DNA of 64,000 nucleotides. Source: Okamejei kenojei. Taxonomy: Eukaryota. The notes below the pieces were generated by a model. It saw only the letters and a program-made list of their open reading frames with translations. It did not search any database and was not told where the DNA came from. Shown one piece after another: positions 35,926-48,730 of this stretch. Each line of letters opens with the position of its first letter. Position 1 is the first letter of the stretch. The stretch spans positions 30,070,001-30,134,000 of the forward strand of contig CM069139.1 of assembly GCA_035221665.1 (NCBI GenBank). The letters run 5' to 3'. The position numbers and the translations under genes were made by a program.

Positions 35926-38900
35926 TCAAAGTAATGATTTGAGAAGATGTAAACACAAAACTTCAATGGAACAAGTTAAGATTCAAATGGATTTCATCGT
36001 GTCTATTGAAAGTGAAGTCCCACATCACAATCAGCTTCAAACTCCAATAAAAGATATTTTAATGTTAATGTTTGTAATGTGCTTGTAAAATCTAATTTGA
36101 AAAGCAGTGTATTGAGAGGGCAGTGAAATAGTTTTACGGGGAAGTCTCTTAGTGATAGATTAGCACCAGCACTTCTACAGCAAAAGAGGGTCAAACGCTC
36201 CAGGCCATTATTTATGTATAGCGTACCTGTGTTTGACAAACTGGATTACTAACATTTTGTAGAGAATATTTGAAAAGATATTGGTGGGGAAAAAACCCTG
36301 AAAATAGCATATTTGTTACAAAAATAGCTGAGGTATTTTCTATGTAGCACAAAGAACACAATGAGAGACCATATGGATTTTATTAAATAGTGTTTTTAAT
36401 AAAATTCAGAATTGTTCATTAGAATCTTGTGCTGCATCTATTATTTCTTGACCTTACATTAAAATAATGGATAGATGGTGGATTAAATATAGTTTGAGCT
36501 GTATTGATGACTGATGGAATGCCTTAATGTTTCCCTGAACATAATTGGCCAGTAGCCATTTTGAATGGAGCAGGTAATTTCATTCATTGGTCCATGTGAC
36601 TACTTTTTAATATTGTGACATGGGTATTTTGCAGATATATCTGCAGGGAGTTTCAGGATACAAACTTGTAGTACTTTTTGGTTTTGGAGTTCTTAATGTC
36701 GCCATTCAATGTTTGTAAAAGCATAGTTCAGAGGTTGTAGTACCTATGAATGAAGGTTGGTCTGTTAAGTTTATTGAGGCTGTCGGTCATATAATAGTGC
36801 ATTTCATAGGTTCAGGGCCAGGAATAAAGTAACTGACAAAATAAATCATTTTTTTCTTATGTTGCTTCTATTATTCGAGTGGATACTTTCAAAGCCAATA
36901 AGAATAAATTTGTATTGCACAATGAAAAATGTCCTGCGTTGTTAAATTTACCACACACATCAAAGTTTTTATTCACCCCCAACTAATTCATGTTAACTTA
37001 AAAATGTGTATTCATTAAAAAATGTATCTATTGCTTTAAAATTGTCAAGTCTACTACAATCTGTGGCATGTAACAACTGTCTTGAATTGGTTTAAAGTAA
37101 ATCATTTTACAAAAATTAATCTGATTCATGCTGTTTTCTGTGTATATACCATTTGTCCACAAGAGGGCAGTCATATCACTCTATACAATCTGACACTGGC
37201 TTAATAATTTTTGAAAAGTGACTTCCCCTTTGATATTCACCGAGATTCAGAAATTGGTGATATTAGCGGATTGTATCTATGAATTGAACCATAAAACTAT
37301 GCTGGGCCATTGTTACTCTGGGTCCTTCCCATCAGAAGGTGCTCCTTCCATCTACGTTACTTTAAGCATTGCAGCAATCTGATTCTCAACTCTTAGTCCT
37401 TGCAGTATTTGTCAAAGCCATTTATGACCTATCTGCAGTGAACCAGGAATGTAGGTGATCTTGCCATGTGCAGAGAGGCAATCTTCATGAACTTGCCAAG
37501 TACAGAGAAGCAATATCTGGAAGGAATACTTGTAATACATGCTTAGCTGTTACTCCTTCCTTGAAGTCAGTGCCCTTGACTCCATTCATGGCAAAGTGTC
37601 TCGTCTGGATTCACTACTACATCTAAACAAGAAAGCAATAAAAGCCATAACCCAAATGAAAAATGAGAAGGCTTCAAGAGCAGATGGTATTCCGCCTATG
37701 GTTCTAAAAAGCAAATGCGAAGAACTGAGGTGTAAGTGATATTCCCTGGAATGTAAACAGCTCAAAATTAATAGCAGGTCTTTAGCTCCATTACATAACA
37801 ACCCATCAAATGGGGTTTCAACCCATCAAATGGCCAATTTACCAAACCCAGGCTGCTTCTGAAGAAAGGGTATTAGAAGCTCCTTTCACTGGTCAAGCTC
37901 ATGATTTGAGGTATAAACAGAACGTTAACAGGGCAAGTTAAGATTCCAATGGATTTCATCATGTCGATTGAAAGCTGCCTTGCATCATAATCAGATTTAA
38001 ACTCCAATAAAGGATATTTTAATGTTAATTTTTGTAATGTGTTTTTAAAATCTAATTTGAGAAGTAGTGTATTGAGAGGACAGTGAAATAGTTTGCAGGG
38101 AGGCCTCTTAATAATAGATTGCTACCAGAACTTCTGCAGCAAGGGGATCAAACACTCCCGACTACTGCTATTCCACCATCAAAGATGCTTACTGTTCCAT
38201 CCCCCACCCACACTTTTGAATATTATGTCACCAGGCTGTGCTGCTCTTTCTAGATAGCTGCTGGAGAGCACAGTGAGGTATTTTATTGTCACAGAGTTGT
38301 TTGGGGAGGGGGGGGTAGATGATTGATTTTGCAAGTGCTTGTCATCAGTAGACAGGCGGTGCTCAAGGACTCAGCAAATAGAGCTGAACGAATACACCAC
38401 AGGATTGTGTTCCCACCAAGATCATCCCAATTTTCCATACCAAAAGCCTTGAATGAACCAGGGTGTCAATAATCTACAGAGGACCAGGTCTCACGCATGC
38501 AAGTCTGGTGATACAGGGTCATATAAAAATTCCAGGAACAACCCCAAGAAAGCCATCAAGAAAGTGAATAAACCCCTTTGTAGACGCTCAGATGGGCATT
38601 TGGCAGGTATGGATGGGCTTGTGTGTCATTACATCCACAAGGGGAAGCCAAATAGCTCAAATGACAGCAATGCATCCCTCCCAGAGAGCTGAATGCTTTC
38701 TATGCTTGGCTTGAAAGGGAGAAAATATTGATGTATCGTCTAGGGCCCTCACAGCCCCCAACAACACTGTATTCTCAGTGACGATACCAATGTCAGAAGA
38801 TCCTTCCAAAGGGTGAACCTCAGAATGTATCTGGCACTGATAGTGTACCTGGCTGCATTCTTGGCCGTGAGTTGACCTCGGACGAACTGTCAAGATATCT

Positions 38901-39144
38901 TTAACCTCTCAATACTAAAATCCAAGTTGTCCCCCTGCTTGAAAAGGACATCCATTATATAATTGTCCAGGAAGTGCAAGTGACGTGCGTCAATGAGTAC
39001 CGACCAGTGGCACTCGCTTCCATTGTGATGAAGTGCTTCAAGAGGTTGGTTATGAAGCAGATCAACTTCTGCCTTGTAAGGGTACACAAAAAGCTGGAGA
39101 AACTCAGCGGGTGCAGCAGCATCTAAGGAGCGAAGGAGATAGGC

Positions 39145-39172
39145 GACGTTTCGGGTCGAGACCCTTCTTCAG
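39145..39172 (-). ncRNA. Minimal hammerhead ribozyme motif in Penelope pLTR
   Basis: Reverse complement of the 43239-43266 motif. Confidence 0.7.
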
Positions 39173-39408
39173 ACTGGTCAGGGATCAGGGAAACGAGAGA
39201 TATAGACGGTGATGTGGAGAGATAAGGAACAATGAGTGAAAGATATGCAAAGAAGTATCGGTGATAAAGGAACAAGCCATTGTAAGCTGTTTGTGGTGTG
39301 AAAATGAGAAGCTGGTGCGACTGGGGTGGGGGAGGGAGATGGAGATGAAGGGAATGCCCAGGGCCCGAGGGCTGAGGGAGAGGTGGGAGGGGGAGGAGAC
39401 AGCAAGGG

Positions 39409-42400
39409 TTAACAGAATTGAGAAAATTCAATATTCAAGCCCAAAGGATGCAGACTCCCCAAGCGGAATATGAGGTGCTGTTCCTCCAGCTTGCGGTGTT
39501 GCTCACTCTGGCCGTGGAGGAGGCCCAGGACCGAGAGGTCGGATGTGGAATGGGAGGGGGAGTTGAAGTGCTGAGCCACCGGGAGGTCGGGTTGGTTATT
39601 GCGGACCGAGCGGAGGTGTTCGGCGAAGCGATCGCCAAGCCTCCGCTTGGTTTCACCGATATAGATCATCTGGCATCTGGAGCAGCGGATGCAGTAGATG
39701 AGGTTGGAGGAGGTGCAGGTGAACCTCTGTCGGACCTGGAAGGACTGCTTGGGTCCCTGAAAGGAGTGGAGGGGGGAGGTGAAGGGACAAGTGTTGCATT
39801 TCTTGCGGTTGCAAGGGAAAGTGCCCGGGGAAGGGGTTAGAGTGGGAGGGGAGGGAAGAATGGACAAGGGAGTTGCGGAGGGAGCGGTCTTTGCGGAAGG
39901 CAGACAGGGGGGGAGATGGGAAGATGTGGCGGGTGGAGGGGTCACGTTGGAGGTGGCGAAACTGGCGGAGGACTATATGTTGTATTTGCCGGCTGGTGGG
40001 GTGAAAGGTGAGGACCAGGGGGACTCTGCCCTGTTTGCGAGTGGGGGAATGGGGAGCGAGGGCAGTGTTGCGGGGTATGGAGGAGACCCTGGTGCGAGCC
40101 TCATCAATAGTGGGGGAGGGGAATCCCCGTTCTCTGAAGAATGAGGCCATTTGTGATGACCTGGTGTGGAACACCTCATCCTGGGAGCAGATGCGGCGTA
40201 GACGGAGGAATTGGGAATAGGGGATGGAGTCCTTACAGGGAGCAGGGTGGGAGGAAGAGTAGTCCAGGTAGCTGTGGGAGTCAGTTGGTTTGTAGTGGAT
40301 GTCGGTCAGGAGCGTATCACCTGCAATAGAGATGGTGAGGTCAAGGAATGGTAGGGAAGTGTCGGAAATGGTCCAAGTGTATTTGAGTGCCGGATGGAAG
40401 TTGGTGGTGAAATGAATGAAGTCAGTCAGTTGTGTGTGGGTGCAGGAGGTGACACCAAAGCAGTCGTCGATGTAACGGAGGTAGAGGTCGGGGATGGGGC
40501 CCTGGTACGTCGAGAACAAGGATTGTTCGACGTACCCAACAAAGAGGCAAGCGTAGCTGGGGCCCATGCGTGTGCCCATAGCTACGCCTTGTGTTTGGAG
40601 GAAATGGGAGGAATCAAAAGAGAAGTTATTGAGGGTGAGGACCAACTCTGCTAGGCGGAGGAGGGTGTCAGTGGACGGGTATGGTTGCTCCTCTGGTCGA
40701 GGAAGAACCGGAGGGCTTTGAGACCGTCCTGGTGGGGGATGGAGGTGTAGAGTGACTGGACGTCCATGGTAAAGATGAGAGGATGGGGGCCTGGAGAATG
40801 GAATGCACGGAGCCGACGGAGAGTGTCTGAGGTGTCTTGAACATAGGTGGGGAGGGATTTAACAAAGGGGGATAGGATGGCGTCAAGGTATGTGGAAATG
40901 TGTTCGGTGGGCACGAACAGGCAGAGACAATGGGTCTGCCAGGGCAGTCGGGTTTGTGGATTTTGGGGAGAAGGTACAATCGGGCCGTGCGGGGCTGGGA
41001 AACGATGAGGTCGGAGGCTCGGGAGGGTAGGGAGCCCGAGCTGATGAAGTCGGTTATGGTGCTCGAGATGGTGGCCTGGTGTTCGTCAGTGGGGTCATGG
41101 TCCAGGGGTAAGTAGGAGGAGGTGTCCGAGAGTTGGCGCGCGGCCTCCGCTTTGTAGAGATCGACGCGCCAGACTACCACGGCACCTCCCTTGTCGGCGG
41201 GTTTGATAACCCAGTCTGGGTTGTTACGGAGTGAGTCGATGGCAGTACGTTCGGGGCTGGATAGATTGGAGTGAGACAGGGGGGTGGAGAAGTCGAGGCG
41301 GTTGATGTCCCGACGGCAGTTCTGGATAAATAGTTCTAGAGCCGGAAGGCTACGAGGGGGGGTCCAAGTGGAGGCGGTATGTGGGAGACAGGAAAAGGGA
41401 TCATCGGTGGGGGGCGAGGACTTCTTCCCGTGGAAGAACGCTGTGAGGCGGAGGCGACGGTAGAAGAGCTCCAAGTCGTGGTGGGGCGCGGAACTCATTG
41501 AGGTGGGGACGGAGGGGGACAAAGGTAAGACCTGGGGACGGAGGGGGACAAAGGTAAGACCTCTGCTGAGGACAGACCGTTCGATGTCGGAGAGGGGGAG
41601 GTCCGGGGGGATGGTGAACACGCGGCAAGGATGGGGGTTGTGGCCGGAGGAAGGCAGGTGAGTGGACTGAGGACGAAGCGTTGTGTGGTTGGGGGGTGGA
41701 GGGTGGTCAGGGGGGTGGGGTGTATGGGGGCTGTGGTGTGGGTGGGGAAGAGCAGGGGTTACATGGTAGGGGGGGGATGGGGAAGACCTAGTGGAATAGC
41801 CACTAAGGTTACTGGGGCTGGGGAGACGGGCCACTAGGACCCAGTGTGGTGGGAGGAGTAAGCAACATGGAGGCTTCAGGCCCACTGTAGAGTCCAGTCT
41901 GCAGGTGAGGCGACGGCTGCGGGCTGCTGGACGGAGGTGGAGTGTCGTGGGTCGGCGGACCCGAAGGTAGGAGTCCGCGGGCAGTGGAGTCGGGGTCGGC
42001 GGGCGATGCGTTGGAGGTCCCGGTGGGCGGGTGGTCGGTCCGACCGGTGAGGCGGCGAGATGAGTGGGGTGCGGTGCGGCGGCCGTGTTCGGGTGGCCCC
42101 GGTCCGGCGGCGATGCAAGGTGAGGCGGCTGTGTCTTCGGCGGGCCCAGTACACCGGCGATTACTGGATGGGCCCGGTGGTGTGGCGGCTGTGGTCTTCG
42201 GCGGGCCCAGTCCAACGGCGATGCTGGATGGGCCCGGTGTGGCGATGGAGTTAGGTGGTCCCGGGGGGACGGCGAGGTTCGGCAGTCGCGTTGCGCTGGT
42301 GATGGGTGGTGGAATCGGGGAGGGGGAGATAAACATAGTTACCAGGCAGGCAGCGGGGCTGGGCTTCATCGGTAGGCAGGTGGAGGTCGGCGGCAGCATC

Positions 42401-43037
42401 GGCGTGGAGGTCGGTGAAGGCAGCGTCCTGGTGAGTCCTGGAGGCGCTCCACGTGGACAAGATGGCGTCGGGGGACTCAGGCCGGCGGCTCGGGCCAGAG
42501 TTGGGGCCCGGGGCCTGCGGGCGGTCGAGTCGGGATTGTCAGTGGCTGGAACGGCCTGGAGGCGGGCTAATTTCAGGTCCTTGGTGGCGGGTAAGGTGGG
42601 ACAGGAATTGTTGATTGAAGCGGTGGATCTTCCGGAGGATGTAGTGTAGTTGTGGTCCGTTGCAAGTCTGGGTGAGTGAGGCCCGAAGTTTTGGGAGAGT
42701 CAATGCGAGGTCCTGCTGGTGTCGGCGCATTGCAACCAGGGTGGATCTTAGTGCCCGGTTGGAGAATTGTACAGTGTGGCGGCAGATGGCCCGTCGGTAC
42801 CGATAGTCCGGCTGGGGTCCGAACTGGGAGGCAGTGGAATTGGAGCTGGAATCCACGGGGTATGAGATGGAGGCGCAGGCAAGCCCCGAGGAAGCAGATG
42901 TGGCTGTGGTATCGAGTCTGGGTGAGGATGTGGTCGTAGAGTTGGAGGGAAGGGGGTATCACAGAGGGGGAGCAGTTAGAGAGGAGGTTGTGAAACTGTC
43001 TCCGTAGGGAGGAGGAGAACTTCTTCAAAGTAGGCAT
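39409..43037 (-). pseudogene. Penelope-like ORF (N-terminal domain, RT, Cys linker, GIY-YIG), frameshifted as assembled
   Basis: IKPADKGGAVVV, PGRPIVS, GVAMGTRMGPSYA, YLRYIDD, CNRKKCNTC, NLIYCIRC...YIGETKRRLGDRFAEH across several frames. Confidence 0.92.
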
Positions 43038-43238
43038 ACCTTGAGGAGATATCGCAGTGGAGTAGACAAAGTTTTAAAGAAGGAACTGCAGATGCTGGAG
43101 AATCTGCAGATGCTGGAGAACAGCTTACAATGGCTTGTTCCCTTTATCACCGATACTTCTTTGCATATCTTTCACTCATTGTTCCTTATCTCTCCACATC
43201 ACCGTCTATATCTCTCGTTTCCCTGATCCCTGACCAGT

Positions 43239-43266
43239 CTGAAGAAGGGTCTCGACCCGAAACGTC
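43239..43266 (+). ncRNA. Minimal hammerhead ribozyme motif in Penelope pLTR
   Basis: CTGAAGA-A-GGGT(CTCG)ACCC-GAAACGTC: catalytic core, stem II and palindromic ACGT stem III. Confidence 0.7.
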
Positions 43267-43544
43267 GCCTATCTCCTTCGCTCCTTAGATGCTGCTGCAC
43301 CCGCTGAGTTTCTCCAGCTTTTTGTGTACCCTCGATTCTCCAGCATCTGCAGTTCCTTCTGCCTTGTAAGGACCTGGAGCCATTACAAATTGCCTACTGC
43401 CACAACAGGTCAAAAGCAGATGCAGTCTTAATGGCTCTCCACTCATCCACTACAGCTCGGCAACATCATGGTCACTAAACATCATTATACTCAGGTAATT
43501 GTGTGTCTTATGCTATTGGATCCTTCACTTCCTCATCAGAGGGG

Positions 43545-44165
43545 AACTTAATTTAAAAAAAAACTCAATGTCAGAACAACTCTTAAAAGTATGTGCAAAG
43601 CAATCTGGGGTGAATTTGTGGAATGGTCTGGAACAAAGATACAACTTAGCACAAACATAATTCAGTTAAAAAGATGTACAAAAATATTTTTTTAAAGGAT
43701 ATTGGGATGAGGATATGTGTTTTTGAGTGGGATATTTGTTATACTGATTGCATTGGGAAGGGTGATTATAGGGCGATGGGTTGTATATATGACTAAGAGA
43801 TACTGTATAGTATATGAGGGTTTTTTCTTTTTTCTTTTTTTTCTCTCATTTTTTTATGGCTTTGAGAATATTTGATTAGTGTATAAATGTAAATAATTTG
43901 ATGTACATATGGAAAAAGGTGTTTATAGCTGCTAAATGTGTATAAGATAATTATAAGCAGTTGAATAAGGGGTGGGAATTAATAAGCTTTGGCTTCTTCC
44001 TGCTCCTTTTCGGACACATACAATTTCATTTATTTATAAATAATGTTTATGACACTTTATAAATATTCTTGTTTTGTTTTTTTGTTTTTTGTATGTTGTT
44101 TCATTTGCTTTTTATTCTTTTATTCTGTTCGAAATAAAGAATTAAAAATAAATAAATAAATAAAT
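43545..44165 (+). mobile_element. L1-clade 3' fragment
   Basis: Trp-rich ORF2-end remnant, T-rich 3' UTR, AATAAA and (TAAA)n tail. Confidence 0.6.
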
Positions 44166-44363
44166 CAGCAAATCTCAATCAATACAAATTGACAAACTGA
44201 TAGCCAGATACACTCCAGTGCCATCTTTAAATTTGCCGGTGATACCACTGTTAAATAACAGGTAACATTGAATCAGAGTAGAGAAGGGAGATTAATAATC
44301 TGATTGAATGGTGCCAGATAACAATCTTGCTCTCAATATTAGCAAGACCCTATGGTTGATTGT

Positions 44364-44441
44364 ACACAAAAAGCTGGAGAAACTCAGCGGGTGCAGCAGC
44401 ATCTAAGGAGCGAAGGAGATAGGCGACGTTTCGGGTCGAGA
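44364..44441 (-). mobile_element. 78-bp Penelope pLTR-end insertion
   Basis: TSD CCTATGGTTGATTGT (44349-63, 44442-56); identical to the end of the neighbouring element. Confidence 0.9.
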
Positions 44442-44804
44442 CCTATGGTTGATTGTTGACTTCAGGAAAGGAAAACCATGGATCCATGAATCTATGTCAT
44501 GGATGGATTGGCAGAGGAGAGAGCCAACAGCTTAAAGTGCCTAAGTGTGTGTATCTCTGAAGATCTACCCTGGGCCCAGTACAATCACAATTGATGCAAT
44601 CACATAGAAAGCTCATCACATCTCTATCTTCTTAGAATATTGAGGAGATTCAGTATGTCGTTGAATACTCTACTTTGATAGGTGTATGGTAGATAGAGTA
44701 CGCACTGGTTGCATCGTGGCTTTCTTGGTTTGGTTACTTGAACACCCAGGAATTATACTCGAATGCCCAGGAATGAAGAAGGCTGCGGAAAGTGGGCAGA
44801 ATGG

Positions 44805-45108
44805 TTGCTGCAGCAGTAGAATTGCTGCCTTACAGCGCATACAATGCCAGAGATCTTGGTTAGATTCCGACTACAGGCGCTGTCTGTACAGAGTTTGTAC
44901 ATTCTCCCTGTGAGCTGCCTAGGTTTCATCAGAGATCTTTGATTTCCTCCCACATTCCAAAGACGTACTGGTTTGTAGGTTAATTGGCTTAGCATAAATT
45001 GTAAATTGTCCCTAGTGTGTGTAGAGTCGTGTTAATGTGCGGGATCGCTGGTCGGTTCCGACTCGGTGGGCTGAAGGGCCTGTTTCCGCGCTGTATCTCC
45101 AAACTAAA
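44805..45108 (+). mobile_element. HE1-type tRNA-derived SINE
   Basis: tRNA-like head, V-SINE-like core, CR1-type GAAGGGCCTGTTTCC tail. Confidence 0.85.
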
Positions 45109-46817
45109 CATTGTCCAGTCCATCACGGGTAGTGACTTCTCCCATCATTGAAGGGATCTGCAGGAAACGTTGCCTCAAAAACGCAGTTAATATCATCAAA
45201 GACGCACATCATTCTGGCCATTCTCTCATATCGCTGCCACCATTGGGTAACAGGTTCAGAAACCTGAGAACCATGATTTCCAGGTTCAAGAACAGCTTCT
45301 TCCCAGCAGTCATCAGGTTCTTGAACCACACTGCACAACTCAAACCACAACCCTACCTCAGCAACAATCTAGCATGGACTTTGTTTTGGTTGTACTACAT
45401 ACTGCAGTTTTGCACTATTACGATGTGGTTACCTTGTATTACTGATTATTAATTTATTGTATTATTGATTATTGTATATTTATTGGTTGTTTTAATGGGC
45501 CTTTAAAGCTGCCCCAAGTAAGAAATCTATTTTTCCAATCTGATGCATCTTGACTCTTGACTACTCTTGGAGTAGAATATACAAGGATAACAGCTATTTA
45601 GATTAGTTCCATGACTGGAACTAATGAACACATGCATGTAGATCAAAAAAGACCAGCTTATCGAGTTTTGATGATGGTGCAGCTCTCTCTATGAAACATC
45701 TATGATTCGGAGAGCAATGGACAGTATAGAGATAACTGTAGACAGTATAGAGATAAGGCAGTGTCCTCTATCTGTAAAATCTAAAACTAGGGAGCTTTTC
45801 TTCGTATAAGATGTTGGTCGAAGGAGTCTAAAGTGAGGCTGGAGGTTACAAGCTTGTGGATGAAAGGGTAATATGGCCTACGCTGCTTCTGCTATTTATT
45901 GTTTTAATCGAGAATGAAATTGTTTGTGCACAGATATATTAAAATCAAATTTTTTCACTCTCGCATTTAGTGCTAGCTATTGAATACCGAGTGCATATCA
46001 CTCTTTGACTATATGAAATAGAACTAGGGAATTAGTTCACAGCATTTTTTTAAAACGTTCTTTATTGATCTGTCTGTTGTCTGATGAATATATGACAAAC
46101 AGAAACATGCCAACGTGACCAGTTTCGGAGATAATGTATTGGATTAAATTCTGTGACTGTATTGACTATTGCATCTCATCACTCCCACGTTGCAAGTACA
46201 GAGGAATTTTTGGGATCCATTAATGGACGATTATCAGTACAAATGATATTTAATTGTTCGATAAAATTGATTCTATACCCAAAATAGAACAATGTGGCCA
46301 ACTCTAATGGCAACACTGTACCTACATTTTTGTTGCATATTGGAATAAATTGATAATTTATCCAGTGAGAGAAAGCTAAAGAAACTTTCAAGATTTATAA
46401 GCAGCATTAAATGGATGGCATAGTTAACTTTTTTAAAACGTTTCTTTCAAGGCTGGCTATCAGCTCTGTAGGATAATTGATGAGAGGTCATGTGGGGCAG
46501 TTTCTTCTGTAAACGAACTGCTCAGATGACGTATGTGTGGTACAAAACTAGATGAATTATAGTATGTTCACAAGTAAAAAGAACTCAAGGTTATTTTTTT
46601 GGGTGATACGAAATCTTACAATAATTCCCAGATGGACTAAACATCCTCAAGAAGCCACTGCAATTTGGACTTCCGGTGGCGCTATGGAGGGCTAAAGAGC
46701 AACGCCAGCCAGCTCCTTGAAAAAAACGTTGAAAAATCGGGGAGCAAATGACCTACCTGCTGCCTGCTGCTTCTGTACCGATTGCCATGAGTGACGTCAT
46801 CAGGCGCGCGACTTACT

Positions 46818-47922
46818 ATGTCTATGCAGCGCAGCCCCCTCTCGGATAAACCGAAAAGTCGTGTTACTAGGCAGAAAACAGTGGAACAAGAAAAAGGCCC
46901 GACTGAAGCCTCGGGCTCAGGTAGGACGCTATCCCTAGAAGATGTGTCGAAAAAAATGATGAAAAACTCGGGAGGTGAAGATCTTAAAACTTTTATTGCA
47001 AGTGAAATTGCTGGCTTAAAGGAGGAAATAAAGCTGGAACTAAAGAGTGAATTTGCAAAAACGAACAAAAAATTAAAGAAGATTAATTTTAGGGAAGAAA
47101 TAAAAAAATCAAGGAGGAAATGATGGAGTTAAAGGTTGAAATTAATACCACGGCTACGAATACATCGGATAAACTGAAGAAAGAAATTGCAGAAATACTG
47201 ATTGAACAAGCTGCAAGTATGACAAACGAGACAAATGTTAAAATCAGAAAAGTGACAACTGATCTTGAAGAAAGGCTGAATCCCATGGAGGAAGCACTGA
47301 ATCAACAGACGTCAGTCATAAAGGACCTTGAAGAACTAGCTGAAACAAGACTACGGAAAAACTTATCAGAGAAAACCAACGTCTAACTGAACTACTGGGC
47401 AAAATAACTGAGAAATGTACTGAATTGGAAGGTCGCCAGAGAAGACAGAACCTAAGAATTGCGGGTATTCCAGAAGAGAAAGAGGCGAATCAAGATCCCC
47501 GAGAATTCACTGCAAATCTACTGCAAAAAGTTTTATCTCTGGATCAAAAACCTTTACTTGCTCGAGCACACAGAGTGATGAGATGCCAGACAAGACAAGG
47601 TGCTCCCCCAAGACAAATGATAATAAAAGTCCAGTACGGCTATGTCTTGGAGGAGATAATGCAAAAAACTGCAAGAAACAGAAATCTTACATTTGAAGGA
47701 TACGGGATCAGGATCTATCGTGACTACCCAGCAGAGGTCTCCAGGAAACGAAATGCGTTTAATGAGACCAAAAGAAGCTTGAGGGAAGTGAAGAACTTGA
47801 AATATGGTCTGAGGTATCCAGCTACCCTAAGAGTCACCTACAATCAGAATGAACACTTTTTCACCAACCCTGTGGAGGCACTGGACTTTGCCCAGAAGAC
47901 TAAGGTTCGAGAAGAAGCTTGA
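46818..47922 (+). pseudogene. L1 ORF1 (coiled coil + transposase-22-like RRM/CTD), disrupted
   Basis: EGRQRRQNLRIAGIPE, RAHR, IYRDYP, LRYPATLRV; frameshift near 47100 and stop at 47386. Confidence 0.9.
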
Positions 47923-48730
47923 ATAATATTTTTAAAACTGAACTTCATCATTGAATAAACTGACTTTGCAGGACTGGATGGAACTAAAGACGTGTCTAAG
48001 GAAGCTGGAGAAATATGTGGATCAGAAACTCTTCCATGGAGACTAATAATTAGTATAACTGCACTACTAATACAAATAATTAATAAATACTAAAACTATA
48101 GCGTGGTATCATTACTAATAAAAGTTAATAATTATCACTAATGACTAATACTGATTTATATTTGAATGTTTAGAGTCAAATATAGAGTTTGATTTCATTT
48201 GCCCTCCTTGGAAACATAAAAAAAAAAAATTTTAATTAATTTTGATTTTGATTTTCTTTCTTCCCTTTTTTTTCATTTTTTATTATATTCTTAAATAAGT
48301 TTTAAATATATGTATCCTCACATTCCTGACTATTGGAACCCGAATATTTTAAAATCCAATATCCCCGGTAAAATACTGCTATGGAATAAAAATTCCAAGA
48401 AACCAAGGAGCTGGTTAAGTTGGTAACATCAACTACGGAAGTCGGTAGATGGTTAGCCATGCTAGTATGGCTAGCATTAACTACACAAATACTAGATGTA
48501 GTTTTTTCCTTCTTTGTGCACATTACTAATTTCTTAATCTATCCTCTTTTCTCTTATATTATAATCTATCATTATTATTTTCAGTTTGAATGGTTACAAA
48601 TTGGATCAAAGGAGATATACATGTGAGAGACATTCAAGGGTCTTGAAATTCGTCTATTCGGAGTTCGGGTATAAGGTCGGGTCTGTCGAACTGAACCATT
48701 GGCTCTATTATAGACCTCCATAGACAAAAG

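Larger units (their letters stand above)
39082..43355 (-). mobile_element. Near full-length Penelope-like retroelement (Neptune-type), inverted pLTRs
   Basis: TSD CTTCTGCCTTGTAAGG (39066-81, 43356-71); ~210-bp near-identical inverted termini. Confidence 0.95.
38340..45560 (+). mobile_element. Old Rex1/Babar-like LINE hosting nested Penelope, L1, mini-Penelope and SINE insertions
   Basis: [19 protein letters not shown] at ~39000, resumes at 43372 and ~44190, ends with RFKNSFFPAVIRFLN at ~45300. Confidence 0.75.
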
